A stretch of DNA of 64,000 bases from Candidatus Aenigmatarchaeota archaeon (GCA_043801595.1 JAZDLW010000019.1:43094-107093), one strand, 5' to 3'; counted from the stretch's first letter, positions 17,558 through 28,215 are shown. The notes: generated by a model from the sequence alone, not told the origin. Translations and numbers: made by a program.

Positions 17558-19273
17558 ATGACTAAACTTGTTTGGCTGATCGGAGGGGAAGCGGGCTTCG
17601 GAGTCCGTGAGGCCGGCCTGATATTCGCAAAAACGTGCACACATGCCGGTTTTAACATATTCGGGCACGTCGAATACCCGTCGCTGATACGCGGAGGGCA
17701 TAACACATACCAAGTCAGCGTTGATGACGAGGTTTTCTGCCAGTCGAAGAATGTCGATATCATTGTGGCGCTTAACAAGGAGACCATAGACAAGCACACA
17801 AACGAGCTTTCCAAAGGCGGCGCAATAATTTACGATTCCGGTTCGATGACAAAGGATGTTGAGAAAACTAACGCGTTGTTTTATCCGGTGCCGCTTAAGC
17901 AATTAGTAACGGAAACGGGCGGAAAGGACATAGTCCGCAACACGGTTGCAATAGGAGCGTCGTGCGCTGTTGTCGGCCTTGATTTTTCGTTTGTGAAAGA
18001 TTCGCTCAGCGAAGAGTTTAAATCAAAGGGCGCGGAGATAGTCGAGATGAACGTTAAGGCTGCGAAAGCGGGCTATGATTACATAAAAAAGAATTTCAAG
18101 AATGAATTCGCTTTCACGCTCAAACCGAAGAATAGAGAGGAAAAAATAGTACTGACAGGCAACGATGCGATCGGGATAGGTGCGGTAAAAGCGGGATGCA
18201 ATTTCTACGCAGGCTATCCGATGACGCCTGTAACATCGCTGATGCAGTTTTTTGCAGCCCACGCAAAGGATTATGAAATCGTTTTCCGAAATTCCGCCGA
18301 CGAAATAGAAGCGATCAATATGGCAATCGGAGCTTCGTATGCCGGTGCAAAATCAATGACCGCGTCTTCAGGCGGCGGTTACGCGCTCATGGTCGAAGCA
18401 ATCGGAATGGCTGCGATGACAGAGATACCGGTTGTAATAGTTGAAGGGACGAGAACCGGACCTTCGACAGGCTTGCCGACGTGGACAGAGCAGGGCGATT
18501 TGCGATTCGTATTGCATTCGTCTCACGGCGAGTTTCCGCGAATAGTCGTTGCGCCCGGAGATGTCGAAGAATGCTATTACAAAACCATCGAGACATTCAA
18601 TCTGGCCTACAAGTATCAGGTGCCTGCTGTCATATTGACAGACCGCCAGCTTGGCGAGAGCCATATGAGTACGGACAAGTTTGAGACGGATGCGAAGAAT
18701 GACAAATTCGTAATGGACGACAACGATGCGAAGAATGATTACAAAAGATTCGCTTTTACCGAGAGCGGATTATCGCCGCGCTCCGTGCCAGGGCAGAAAA
18801 ACGGTCTTTATGTTGCAAACAGCTATGAGCATGACGAGACGGGCGTCTATGCTGAAGACGCCGATAATACGAAAAAGATGAAGGACAAAAGAATGAAAAA
18901 ACTCGAATTGATACTCAAGGAGATACCGGAACCCGTATTGCACGGGGAGAAGAATTCTGACATAACATTGATCGCGTGGGGATCAACAAAACTTCCGGCG
19001 CTGCAGGCAATAAAGATCCTTAATGAACAGAAAATAAGTGCGAACGTCTTGCAAATCGTTTACATGGAGCCTTTCAAATCCGAGGCTGTTGCGAAAATTC
19101 TAAACAATGCTAAAAAACTGCTGATTGTTGAGAATAACCAGACAGCGCAGCTTGCCGGACTGATACGCGAGAAGACCGGTATCGAAATAAAGGAAAAATT
19201 GTTGAAATACAACGGGCGGCAGTTTTTCGCAGAGGAGATCGCTGACAAAGCAAAGGAAATGCTAAAGAGATGA
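17558..19273 (+). CDS. 2-oxoacid:ferredoxin oxidoreductase alpha subunit
   Basis: GGEAGFG, YPSLIRGGH, YAGYPMTP, SSGGG, RTGPSTGLPT, VENNQTAQ. Confidence 0.95.
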   Translation: MTKLVWLIGGEAGFGVREAGLIFAKTCTHAGFNIFGHVEYPSLIRGGHNTYQVSVDDEVFCQSKNVDIIVALNKETIDKHTNELSKGGAIIYDSGSMTKDVEKTNALFYPVPLKQLVTETGGKDIVRNTVAIGASCAVVGLDFSFVKDSLSEEFKSKGAEIVEMNVKAAKAGYDYIKKNFKNEFAFTLKPKNREEKIVLTGNDAIGIGAVKAGCNFYAGYPMTPVTSLMQFFAAHAKDYEIVFRNSADEIEAINMAIGASYAGAKSMTASSGGGYALMVEAIGMAAMTEIPVVIVEGTRTGPSTGLPTWTEQGDLRFVLHSSHGEFPRIVVAPGDVEECYYKTIETFNLAYKYQVPAVILTDRQLGESHMSTDKFETDAKNDKFVMDDNDAKNDYKRFAFTESGLSPRSVPGQKNGLYVANSYEHDETGVYAEDADNTKKMKDKRMKKLELILKEIPEPVLHGEKNSDITLIAWGSTKLPALQAIKILNEQKISANVLQIVYMEPFKSEAVAKILNNAKKLLIVENNQTAQLAGLIREKTGIEIKEKLLKYNGRQFFAEEIADKAKEMLKR

Positions 19274-19277
19274 AGAA

Positions 19278-20129
19278 ATGAAGATAGAAGATTTTGATTT
19301 TGGAACAAGGCCGAAATGGTGCCCCGGATGCGGGAACTTCTCAATATGGGTCGGGCTGCGCCAAGCACTGGTTGAGACGAACGTCGAACCGCACAATTTG
19401 TCTGTTGTCTACGGAATAGGATGTCACGGGCATTTGTCGAACATGCTGAGATGCTACGGTTTCGAGTCGTTACACGGACGGGAGATTCCGGTTGCCATCG
19501 GCGCGAAGCTTGCTAACAATAATCTCAAGGTTATCGCTGTTGCCGGTGACGGCGACTGCTACGGAGAAGGATTGAATCATTTCATCAATGCAGCGAGAAT
19601 GAACGTAGGAATAACGCTGATGGTCTGCAATAACATGGTTTACGGTTTGACAGCAGGGCAGACGTCGCCGACATCGGAGAAAGGATTCAAAACAAAAACA
19701 ACGCCTTCCGGTTCGATAGACACACCGATCAATCCGCTGGCTTTGGCAATATCAGCAGGCGCAACGTTTGTAGCGCGGGTTTTTGCAGGCGATCTTCAAA
19801 GCATGAAAAAAATAATCGCGGAGGCGATAAACCACAAAGGATTCGCACTTGTCGATGTTTTGCAGCCTTGCGTCACGTTCAACAAGATAAACACGCATGA
19901 ATTTTACCAGAAACACATTTACAGACTGCAGGACGAGAACCACGATATGGGCGACAAAGCCAAGGCGCTTGCGAAATCCTTTGAATGGGGCGAACGCATT
20001 CCCACGGGCATATTCTACAAGGAACAAAGACCAGCGTACGAGAGCTTGCTTCCGCGTGTTAAAATGCCGCTGTACAAACAGGACCGCACAAACGTGAACG
20101 TCGATAAGCTCATAGCTGAGTTTGCCTGA
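19278..20129 (+). CDS. 2-oxoacid:ferredoxin oxidoreductase beta subunit
   Basis: WCPGCGNF, GIGC, LHGR, GDGD TPP motif, YGLTAGQTSPT, QPCVTFN. Confidence 0.95.
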   Translation: MKIEDFDFGTRPKWCPGCGNFSIWVGLRQALVETNVEPHNLSVVYGIGCHGHLSNMLRCYGFESLHGREIPVAIGAKLANNNLKVIAVAGDGDCYGEGLNHFINAARMNVGITLMVCNNMVYGLTAGQTSPTSEKGFKTKTTPSGSIDTPINPLALAISAGATFVARVFAGDLQSMKKIIAEAINHKGFALVDVLQPCVTFNKINTHEFYQKHIYRLQDENHDMGDKAKALAKSFEWGERIPTGIFYKEQRPAYESLLPRVKMPLYKQDRTNVNVDKLIAEFA

Positions 20130-20188
20130 TCGCTTATAGCGCGAAAACGCAAGGCGAGTTTTTTATACCAGAAGAGGCAACATTATTC

Positions 20189-20308
20189 ATGAAATGGGAC
20201 TATGAAGGCCTTCATGTCGACGGATACATAATAAACAAGAAATTATTTCCGCTGATACTCATTTTCATCGGAATCGTTCTGCTGGCACTGATCGAAATCG
20301 CAAAATGA
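20189..20308 (+). CDS. Small single-TM protein (39 aa)
   Basis: MKWDYEGLHVDGYIINKKLFPLILIFIGIVLLALIEIAK; TTTATA about 22 nt upstream. Confidence 0.5.
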   Translation: MKWDYEGLHVDGYIINKKLFPLILIFIGIVLLALIEIAK

Positions 20309-20350
20309 CCTGAAAACCGCGTTTTTAAGCGTTGCATAACTATTTTTATT

Positions 20351-20623
20351 ATGGTGAACGAACGCAGCGAGGCGCTGTTCAGGATTGTAGTTGCAATAGT
20401 TTCCGGTATTGTTCTCGGCATTTGGAGAGTAGCGACAAAAATTGTCGCTGTCGTTCACTGGTTTATTGTTCTGATAACTAAAAAACGCGATGCTGAGCTT
20501 GCGTTGTTTTGCAACAGGTGGAACGTTGAGTATTACAGGTTTATCCGTTATCTGACTTTTGTAACGAACAAGCGGCCTTTTCCGTTTGAGCCGTTATCGA
20601 AAAAAGTCCCGCGAATGGAATAG
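20351..20623 (+). CDS. DUF4389-like membrane protein
   Basis: EALFRI...VHWFIVLITKKR...YLTFVTNKRPFPF. Confidence 0.75.
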   Translation: MVNERSEALFRIVVAIVSGIVLGIWRVATKIVAVVHWFIVLITKKRDAELALFCNRWNVEYYRFIRYLTFVTNKRPFPFEPLSKKVPRME

Positions 20624-20637
20624 CTATTCAGGTGCGT

Positions 20638-21111
20638 TTAACAGCCGTATTTTTTGGCCCACGGCTCGCGTCCGAATTCCGAAGAGTCGCAGTATTCGGT
20701 GAATATGTATCCGAAACCGTTTTCGAGCAGCGCGCTATTTAGGTTTTTATTGTTGCAATAAACCACAGCAACAGTCCGGCCGTAGCTTCCCTTTGTCTGT
20801 TTATCATCTTCGTCCACGATTGCGGTTGATCCTATCGGGCATAACGACGATGTGAAGTTCGTGGCTTCGTCGCCGCCCTCCTCGCCTTTTTCCGGCGCGT
20901 TGACAAGCACCAGCCTTATTGTTTTGTTGCCAATTACTAGCGTGTCGCCGTCGACTATCCGTTCCACTGTGCTGCTGAAACATTCCGCGTTTCCTTTGCA
21001 TACATTCGCAGTGTTATTGACAACCAGTGCTGCGGAAACAGCAATGAAAAATAAGATCATGTATGCGAGTTTTGCCACGATTTCACAACGCCTTTTGCTT
21101 GAGAACAACAT
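20638..21111 (-). CDS. Secreted thermonuclease (SNase family)
   Basis: IVDGDT, IRLVLVNAPE, YGRTVAVVY, LLENG; N-terminal hydrophobic segment. Confidence 0.9.
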   Translation of the reverse strand: MLFSSKRRCEIVAKLAYMILFFIAVSAALVVNNTANVCKGNAECFSSTVERIVDGDTLVIGNKTIRLVLVNAPEKGEEGGDEATNFTSSLCPIGSTAIVDEDDKQTKGSYGRTVAVVYCNNKNLNSALLENGFGYIFTEYCDSSEFGREPWAKKYGC

Positions 21112-21126
21112 TATTCGATCATTGAA

Positions 21127-21360
21127 TCATTTCAAATGAAGAAGCTTTTTCAGCGTTGGTACGTCGTAACCTAATACAATGTTTCCGTCTATGTCTATAA
21201 CCGGTATGCCCGATTGCCCGGATTTCTTCATAGATTCTTCGGCTGCGCCCTTCACTTTTTCTATATCCTTTGCTTCAAATTTTATGTTATTCTTTGTCAG
21301 AAAGTCTTTTACCTGGTGACAATAAGGACACCATTCAGCCGTGTATACGATCACTTTCAT
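21127..21360 (-). CDS. Glutaredoxin (NrdH/YruB-like)
   Basis: VYTAEWCPYC, GQSGIPVI. Confidence 0.92.
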   Translation of the reverse strand: MKVIVYTAEWCPYCHQVKDFLTKNNIKFEAKDIEKVKGAAEESMKKSGQSGIPVIDIDGNIVLGYDVPTLKKLLHLK

Positions 21361-21415
21361 AAGTCTCACTTTGATTTCTGGATTTTATACTTTAAATTCG
21401 TAACGCGTCTTGAGT

Positions 21416-21880
21416 TCACATTTTGGCAGAATCGAGGAATTTGATAACATCTTTTGCGTGATCCATCGGGTTTACATTTTTGAATATCTTTATTATTTTT
21501 CCATCCATGTCTATGATGAACGTCGTCCTTTCCACGCTCGTGAAATTTTTTCCCATGAAGGATTTGTTTTTCAGGACACAGTATTTTTTACAAACGTCAT
21601 TGTCAAGGTCGCTTAGCAATGAAAAATTAAGGCCGTGCTTTTTCTTGAATTTTTTGTGCGACTCGGAACTGTCAGGGCTTACGCCAAGCACAAGCGCGCC
21701 TTTCGAGCCAAGCGAACGAATATTGTCCCTGAATGAACACGCTTCCATGATGCAGCCGGACGTGTCGTCTTTCGGGTAAAAATAAAGGATTATCATCCTG
21801 CCACGCAGATCGCTTAGCCTCTCAATCCTACCGGAATCGTTCTTTGCCGAGAAATCAGGAGCCTTTTCGCCTTCTTTCAT
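21416..21880 (-). CDS. bcp: Peroxiredoxin BCP/PrxQ
   Basis: YFYPKDDTSGCIMEACSFRD, GVSPD, RTTFIID. Confidence 0.92.
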   Translation of the reverse strand: MKEGEKAPDFSAKNDSGRIERLSDLRGRMIILYFYPKDDTSGCIMEACSFRDNIRSLGSKGALVLGVSPDSSESHKKFKKKHGLNFSLLSDLDNDVCKKYCVLKNKSFMGKNFTSVERTTFIIDMDGKIIKIFKNVNPMDHAKDVIKFLDSAKM

Positions 21881-22017
21881 ATCAAATCCTTTTCTTTTTC
21901 GAAAGAAAAGTCTTTGAATTCCCAAAAGAAACCGATTTAATCGCCTTGTTATTTGAAAATCAGGCTGATTTATATACCTTTGATAATCTATTATTGTAAG
22001 ATTCCCCGAGGCATGTT

Positions 22018-22278
22018 ATGACAAAAATATACAAAGTCGAATACGATCGAACGAACTGCATAGGTGCGGGCATCTGTGCTGCGCTTAACCCTGAAAATTT
22101 CAAGATCAACGACGACACAAAGGCTGATTTTCTCGAAGCCAAATTAAATGAAAAAACTGGCATGTGGGAGCGCGAAATTACCGAAAAAGAACTCGAAAAG
22201 GTAATGGCAGCTGCGAGCGGCTGTCCTGTACTTGTAATACACATAACAGACAAAGAGACGGGCGAGAAACTAATCTGA
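22018..22278 (+). CDS. Single-cluster ferredoxin (likely 3Fe-4S)
   Basis: CIGAGICA...CP. Confidence 0.85.
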   Translation: MTKIYKVEYDRTNCIGAGICAALNPENFKINDDTKADFLEAKLNEKTGMWEREITEKELEKVMAAASGCPVLVIHITDKETGEKLI

Positions 22279-22306
22279 TTCCCTTGTTTTTCGCGTTCTA
22301 AAAAAT

Positions 22307-23521
22307 TCATCCGCGCAACGCATCAACCGGCCTAAGCCTTGCTGCCTGGCGCGCAGGCGCAATGCCGGACGCGCAACCTACGACGAACGAAAACACCAAA
22401 GCGCCAAGCACAAGCTCGGGCGATGCGTAGACCTTAAAAAATCCCACATTCGCAGTTGCTGCAATGGCCTGTACAACCTGTCCGATGCCAATGCCCACTG
22501 TGACCCCAACAACGCCGCCCACCAATCCGAGAATTCCTGATTCAAACAGGAATATTGTCAGTATATCCTTCTCTGTCGCGCCAACAGCCTTCATTATTCC
22601 TATATTTCTGGTCTGTTCGAGCACGGACGTGTACATCGTGTTCATAATTCCAATCCCGCCGACCAGCAGGGATATTGCTGCGATACCAAGCACAACAATC
22701 TGTATAACTCCAAGAATCATGTCAACGCTGTCCAGAAGCTGTTCTGATGTCTGGACCGAAAAGTCTTCCTGACCTTTTTTCAGTCCGCGGTCGCGCCTCA
22801 TTTCCTGTTTGATACTCTCAGCGACAACCGCAGGGTCATTTCCGGACTTCGGCTGTACCATTAACATGTTAAATTTGTCAGGTTCGTTGAACAAATCTCG
22901 CGCCGTGTCCATTGTGATGTACAGCTGCTTGTCGTCTTCTGGGTTACCGATACTGTCCAGAGCACCAACAACCTGGAATCCCTGGCCGTTAATTTTCAGG
23001 CGGTCGCCGATTTTAACGTTTGTATTAAAAACATTTTCATGCGCAATCAGATAGCCGATATCGATTGCATACCTGTCGCCTTCCCTAAGCCCGCGACCCT
23101 CGATCACATTGAACGATCCCATGTTGTCGACGAGCTCTTTTGCCCTGTCTGTCGGAATTCCGATTACAAACAGGTATTTCACTTCATTCCCGTATTCCAC
23201 CTTTGATATTTTATACAGCATACCGCCGACGATATCCACACCGTTTGCCCTCTGTATAACATCAACATCATGCGTTGTAAGGTAGGAGGAGGTTGATCCT
23301 ATGAAACCTGAAAAACCAGCGCCCCCTCCGGGCATAATCATTAATAAGTCTGTGCCAAGCGACTTGAACTGCTGCGATATGGAATCCTGCAATCCCTGGC
23401 TGATTGAGATCAACGCAACAACTGACGCGATTCCGATGAATATTCCCAGCATGGTCAGCCACGAGCGCAGCCCGCGCCTGCTTATTGTCCTCCACGCCAG
23501 ACTGAAATAATCGTGCAACAT
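22307..23521 (-). CDS. MacB/FtsX-type ABC transporter permease
   Basis: RSWLTMLGIFIG, ISLLVGGIGIMNTM, IGIMKAVGA, PARQAA. Confidence 0.93.
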   Translation of the reverse strand: MLHDYFSLAWRTISRRGLRSWLTMLGIFIGIASVVALISISQGLQDSISQQFKSLGTDLLMIMPGGGAGFSGFIGSTSSYLTTHDVDVIQRANGVDIVGGMLYKISKVEYGNEVKYLFVIGIPTDRAKELVDNMGSFNVIEGRGLREGDRYAIDIGYLIAHENVFNTNVKIGDRLKINGQGFQVVGALDSIGNPEDDKQLYITMDTARDLFNEPDKFNMLMVQPKSGNDPAVVAESIKQEMRRDRGLKKGQEDFSVQTSEQLLDSVDMILGVIQIVVLGIAAISLLVGGIGIMNTMYTSVLEQTRNIGIMKAVGATEKDILTIFLFESGILGLVGGVVGVTVGIGIGQVVQAIAATANVGFFKVYASPELVLGALVFSFVVGCASGIAPARQAARLRPVDALRG

Positions 23522-24741
23522 TATTCATACCTCAATGCTGACATCGGATTCATCTCGGCAGCCCTTCGCGCAGGAGTCAATCCGGAAACGCAGCCGACTA
23601 TGAATGAGAATAAAATTGCGCCGATTATCAAGTCGGGCGCTATATACGCCTTCAGTGTCTCGAATCCGGCGTTCGCAGCAATGGTCTGGACAATCAGACC
23701 GATAACTATGCCTATGAATGTTCCAATAGCGCCGCCGGCTGCGCCGAGAATTCCTGATTCAAACAGGAATATTGCCATGATATCCCGCTCCTTTGCGCCA
23801 ACAGCCTTCATTATTCCTATATTTCTGGTCTGTTCGAGCACGGACGTGTACATCGTGTTCATAATTCCAATCCCGCCGACCAGCAGGGATATAGCAGCTA
23901 TCCCTATCAGGAACAGTTGTACAATGTCAAGTACCACAGTAAAACTTTTTATCATCTGCTGCGCCGTCTGTACTGTGAAGTCTTCCTCGCCTTTTTTCAG
24001 TCCACGGTCCCTGCGCAACCGGTCGCTGATGTCGTTTGACACCTCGGTTGTGTTAAAACCCGGCTTGCTGCGCGCGGTTATTGTCGACACTTCATCCCCG
24101 ATTCCAAAAAGCGTTTTTGCGGTTTCAAGCGATATCATGATCTTCCGGTCGTAAATCGGGTTCCCGGATTTCTTTGTTACACCGCTTACGTCGAATTCGA
24201 AGCCGTTGATGGTTATTTTGCTTCCAACACCAATCGGCTTTTCAAAAACATTCTTCGTTAACTCGTAACCGATCACTGCCCTGTTGTTTTGATTATCCGG
24301 CGGGTAACTGCCGTCAATCAGTGAAAAATAATCTACGCTGTTCAAATTTTCAACAGTCTTTGTATCAAACGGAAGCCCGAATACCATCAGGGATTTGGTT
24401 TCTCCGCGGAAATCTACATTTGCAGTGATTATTGAAACGCCGATCGCGTAATCAACGCCCCTCACTTGGCGTACAATGTCAACGTCGTGCTGGTAAAGCT
24501 TGGATGAAAAAAGATCGCCGGTTACCGGCGATGAGTATGAGCCAGAACCTGCGGTAATGGTTATTCTGTTGCTTCCGATCTTGTTTAACTGATCATTTAT
24601 TACAGCCTGCATTCCGGCGCTCAGGGATATCAGCGCAACAACTGACGCGATCCCTATGAATATTCCCAGCATGGTCAGCCAGGAACGCTTGCTGCTCCTC
24701 CGAAGGTTTGTCAGGGCAAGACTGAAAAAATCCATGATCAT
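23521..24741 (-). CDS. MacB/FtsX-type ABC transporter permease (tandem paralog)
   Basis: Same motifs; ends ALRYE. Confidence 0.93.
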   Translation of the reverse strand: MIMDFFSLALTNLRRSSKRSWLTMLGIFIGIASVVALISLSAGMQAVINDQLNKIGSNRITITAGSGSYSSPVTGDLFSSKLYQHDVDIVRQVRGVDYAIGVSIITANVDFRGETKSLMVFGLPFDTKTVENLNSVDYFSLIDGSYPPDNQNNRAVIGYELTKNVFEKPIGVGSKITINGFEFDVSGVTKKSGNPIYDRKIMISLETAKTLFGIGDEVSTITARSKPGFNTTEVSNDISDRLRRDRGLKKGEEDFTVQTAQQMIKSFTVVLDIVQLFLIGIAAISLLVGGIGIMNTMYTSVLEQTRNIGIMKAVGAKERDIMAIFLFESGILGAAGGAIGTFIGIVIGLIVQTIAANAGFETLKAYIAPDLIIGAILFSFIVGCVSGLTPARRAAEMNPMSALRYE

Positions 24742-24784
24742 CTTTTTCACGCGTTTTCGACCGGCTTTTTCCAAAAAGGACCGA

Positions 24785-26002
24785 TCATTTCTTTACGAAC
24801 TTCTTATACAAGAAATAGAAAGCAATTAATGCGATCGCCGCAATGAGTAATGTTGACACGGTGTTCGATGATCTCAGCCCCATCAAATTCAGCTGGCTGG
24901 GCGTGTACAGGACGAGACTCAGGTTGCCGGTCTCGGTATAAGGATTGTTGTTACCATCCCTGTAGGCAAGGGTTATCGGGACGCTGACGTTACTGGCGCC
25001 TTTGTCCACGTACAGATCGAATTTCGCGCTCTGGTAATCGTCAGACTTCAATTCGCCGATATAGACATAATCTGCAGAGAGGACCTGATATTTGTAACTT
25101 TGCCCGATTGTTACTGTAAGGAATTTTATCTTGGTAAGGCCTTTATTGACAATATTGACATTGATGCTTCCCTTATCTCCGGGAGATAATATGGTTGAAC
25201 TTTCTATGTTGCTGATGATCTCGGGCTTTGCGCCCACTATCAATGTTATGGTATCGGATTTGGTGTAATTTGTTCCGACCTCGTCGTGGTATTTGATTGT
25301 CAGCGGAATCTTGTAAGGCTTTGCATCGGCATCGGGGTCTGTGATCACGTCAAATGTCACATTTTTTTCCTCGAGCGCATTGACAATGTACATTTTCTTT
25401 TCTGTTGCCGAGCCTATTGGCGAGAACGGAACTCCGGAAGCGGTAAGATCGAGTTTTACGCCAACGTCCTTGAGAACCGAATTAGCGGTATTCTTCAATG
25501 AAATCGTGACCTTGCCCGTACCTCCAGGGGGTATCTCGCTGGGTTCGCTGTAAACCTTGTCTACCGCTATCACAGCCTCGCTTGTCATGACAAATATTTT
25601 CGCAGTAAAATCTTTCGAACCCGTGTCGGTTTTCAATCGTATCTTGAGGTCGTTCCAACCTTCAACCGTGTTAGCATCAATCCTGATTTTGTAGCTGATT
25701 ACAAGATCCTGGAAAGACGCTATCTTTGAAAAGAATCTGGTGGAATTCTCGCCTGCGTCAAGATAGAAAGGATACGAAGGCATCAGTTCCACAATGACAT
25801 TATCGGCCTGTTCGGTTGCCGCGTTCATGACATCAATCCAAACCTGTACGTATTTGCCCGGTTCAGCAGGGTAAGGCGTGTATTTTAATGCCGATACATT
25901 CAGATTTGCAAAGTTCGCAGTAGCCATTACGCCGTGGGAAAAAAACACTACAAATGCAAGGATGGCAATAGGAATAAGCAATGTTTTTTTCAATCTATTC
26001 AC
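24785..26002 (-). CDS. COG1361-like S-layer-domain protein
   Basis: Signal peptide, PYPAEPG and PSEIPPG Ig-like repeats, C-terminal TM; typical partner of this ABC operon. Confidence 0.8.
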   Translation of the reverse strand: MNRLKKTLLIPIAILAFVVFFSHGVMATANFANLNVSALKYTPYPAEPGKYVQVWIDVMNAATEQADNVIVELMPSYPFYLDAGENSTRFFSKIASFQDLVISYKIRIDANTVEGWNDLKIRLKTDTGSKDFTAKIFVMTSEAVIAVDKVYSEPSEIPPGGTGKVTISLKNTANSVLKDVGVKLDLTASGVPFSPIGSATEKKMYIVNALEEKNVTFDVITDPDADAKPYKIPLTIKYHDEVGTNYTKSDTITLIVGAKPEIISNIESSTILSPGDKGSINVNIVNKGLTKIKFLTVTIGQSYKYQVLSADYVYIGELKSDDYQSAKFDLYVDKGASNVSVPITLAYRDGNNNPYTETGNLSLVLYTPSQLNLMGLRSSNTVSTLLIAAIALIAFYFLYKKFVKK

Positions 26003-26684
26003 CTACAACGAAACCGTCTTTAAGATGTATCATGCGTTCAGCCTGCTTGGCCACGTTCATGTCATGGGTAACGATTATAATTGTTTTGTTGTTCTCCCTA
26101 TTTATCTTTTTAAGAAAATCTATCACAACCCCTCCCATCTTGGAATCGAGATTTCCGGTCGGCTCGTCGGCGAGTATTATCTCGGGGTCGTTGGCGAGCG
26201 CCCGCGAGATTGCAGTTCGCTGTTGTTCGCCTCCGCTTATTTCAGTGGGCTTGAAGTCAAGCCTTTTTTCAAGGCCGATCATTTCTAACAGTTCCGTCGC
26301 TTTTCGTACCCTTTCCAGCTTCGGCACATTCTGGAACATCATCGGGAGCATGACATTCTCGATTACTGTCAGGCTAGGGATAAGGTTGAATACCTGGAAA
26401 ACGAAACCTATTTTCCTTCCCCGCACTTCGGCGAGCCGGTTATCGCTGAGCTTCGAAACATCCTTATTGCCGAGCATCACCTTTCCGCTTGTGGGCGTGT
26501 CAAGACATCCCATTATATGCATGCAGGTTGATTTTCCGCAACCAGAAGGGCCGGTTATGCTCACAAATTCACCCCTGCGGATTTTTACGTTTATGCCTTT
26601 CAGTACAGGCACTTCAAGCTTTCCGAGGTGGTATGTCTTGAAGACGTTTTGAAGTTCGAGAATGGTCTTTTGCATTTTAAACAC
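25995..26684 (-). CDS. ABC transporter ATP-binding protein (LolD/MacB-like)
   Basis: GPSGCGKST, ISGGEQQR, ILADEPTGNLD, VTHD. Confidence 0.95.
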   Translation of the reverse strand: MFKMQKTILELQNVFKTYHLGKLEVPVLKGINVKIRRGEFVSITGPSGCGKSTCMHIMGCLDTPTSGKVMLGNKDVSKLSDNRLAEVRGRKIGFVFQVFNLIPSLTVIENVMLPMMFQNVPKLERVRKATELLEMIGLEKRLDFKPTEISGGEQQRTAISRALANDPEIILADEPTGNLDSKMGGVVIDFLKKINRENNKTIIIVTHDMNVAKQAERMIHLKDGFVVGE

Positions 26685-26801
26685 TATAGCCGATTAATAT
26701 TATTATCTTGCATTTACATCAAATACGCATAACAGACTGCGAGAAATATTCTGTAAAGGGTTATCGCGCGTTGCAGGAACTTGTTTCTAGAAACTGACTC
26801 T

Positions 26802-27236
26802 CTACAATCGTCCGCTTGCTTTGATTTCAGCGAGAATTTGATCAGCGTCAATGCCCTTTTCGAACTCAATTACGATTTTCTCGGTCAGTTCTTTGATTTT
26901 GTCGTCTCGCGGATAGAGTACTGCCCTTTCATAACCACGTTTAGTCGCTTCTATTTGTATTCCTGCCAGAGCATCTTCGTATGTGTTCAACCCGTCCTTT
27001 GATACTATCATCTGGATTTTTGTGCAATATCTTCCTGAGCGGGTTCGTTGGTGCGGCCTTTTCAAGGCAATATGGTGTCCTTCGTAAATAAGGCCGGGTA
27101 GTATGGCGCCGGCTTCCAGTTTTTTCTCTGCGGATAGTATCATCAACGTCGCTTTTCCCTGCTTAGTTTCGGGATCCACATAACACTTTGCATTGTTCGG
27201 AGCAAAACTATCGCATTCAAAATAAACCTTTGCCAT
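26802..27236 (-). CDS. Hypothetical protein
   Basis: 144-aa ORF, no motif recognised. Confidence 0.55.
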   Translation of the reverse strand: MAKVYFECDSFAPNNAKCYVDPETKQGKATLMILSAEKKLEAGAILPGLIYEGHHIALKRPHQRTRSGRYCTKIQMIVSKDGLNTYEDALAGIQIEATKRGYERAVLYPRDDKIKELTEKIVIEFEKGIDADQILAEIKASGRL

Positions 27237-27238
27237 CT

Positions 27239-27661
27239 TTATAACAAAAGAGAAAGAGATTTAAGCGCATTATCGTTGCTCTTTGTATAATGTATTTTTG
27301 AATTCGAATTTATAGACTCTAAAAACTTTCGTAAATGAGATTTGTCGGAATTCATAAGACCGATGGACAAAGATTTGTCTCTCTCAGAAAGGCTGCCATC
27401 AGCTGCAATGAATCCTGCCCAATAAGCGGAAGCGGGATTTAGGTTTAAAAAGCAATTCTCATTGCAACAAAATTTTCTTTTGAACCTTCCCATGTTTTGT
27501 AATTTCATTCCTTGGTTGTGCAGAGTTCCTAGAATGGTATTTCTACCACAATCGAAGACCAACGCTAATTGCGGAGCGGAAAATTTATTACTTTTGGCTA
27601 ATTTTATGAGCGATCGAAGCTTCTTTTTGTCAGCAAATTTCTTTGCTCCAAACCCTTTCAT
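27239..27661 (-). pseudogene. Truncated LAGLIDADG homing-endonuclease-like ORF
   Basis: N-terminal HTH-like stretch then SAYWAGFIAADGSL...SDKSHLRKF; stops about 45 aa after the motif. Confidence 0.65.
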
Positions 27662-27725
27662 AAGGCAACATAAAATTTTAACACTAAAAAAGACACATGT
27701 TTATACGGTGCCGATAGGATAGTTA

Positions 27726-28214
27726 TTATTCCTTTCCCATATTCTGTCTCTCAAAATCTATATGCTTCGAATATTCTTTTTCGAGTGTTTCAACCGTTTT
27801 TTTAATTCTTTCATGCTCTTTAATCAAGCCTTCCGGGATTGTCAAATTATTTTTTTTACAATAATCATAGATAGCCTCGGAAAGTGCGTCTGCGGCTAAA
27901 ACGGAGCAGTGAATCTTGGTGGCAGGAACTTCGCCCAATTCTCTCAAAACATCTTCCTTTCCAATCTTCAATGCATCTTCCAGAGTTTTACCTTTAACCA
28001 TTGCTGTTATCAAACTTGTGTTTGCAATTGCAACAGCACAACCCAGACATTCAAATTTCACATCAGAGAGTATTTTGTTATCGTCAACTTTTATATAAAT
28101 TTTCATTATATCTCCACATTTGATATTGCCAGCTTCACCGACGCCGTCCGCGTTCTCGATCCTTCCCATATTTTTGGGATTCATGAAATGCTCCATCACT
28201 TTTTTTGAATACAT
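27726..28214 (-). CDS. iscU: Fe-S cluster scaffold IscU/NifU
   Basis: YSKKVMEHFMNPKNMG, CGD, GCAVAIA, KIHCSVLA. Confidence 0.95.
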   Translation of the reverse strand: MYSKKVMEHFMNPKNMGRIENADGVGEAGNIKCGDIMKIYIKVDDNKILSDVKFECLGCAVAIANTSLITAMVKGKTLEDALKIGKEDVLRELGEVPATKIHCSVLAADALSEAIYDYCKKNNLTIPEGLIKEHERIKKTVETLEKEYSKHIDFERQNMGKE

Positions 28215-28215
28215 A

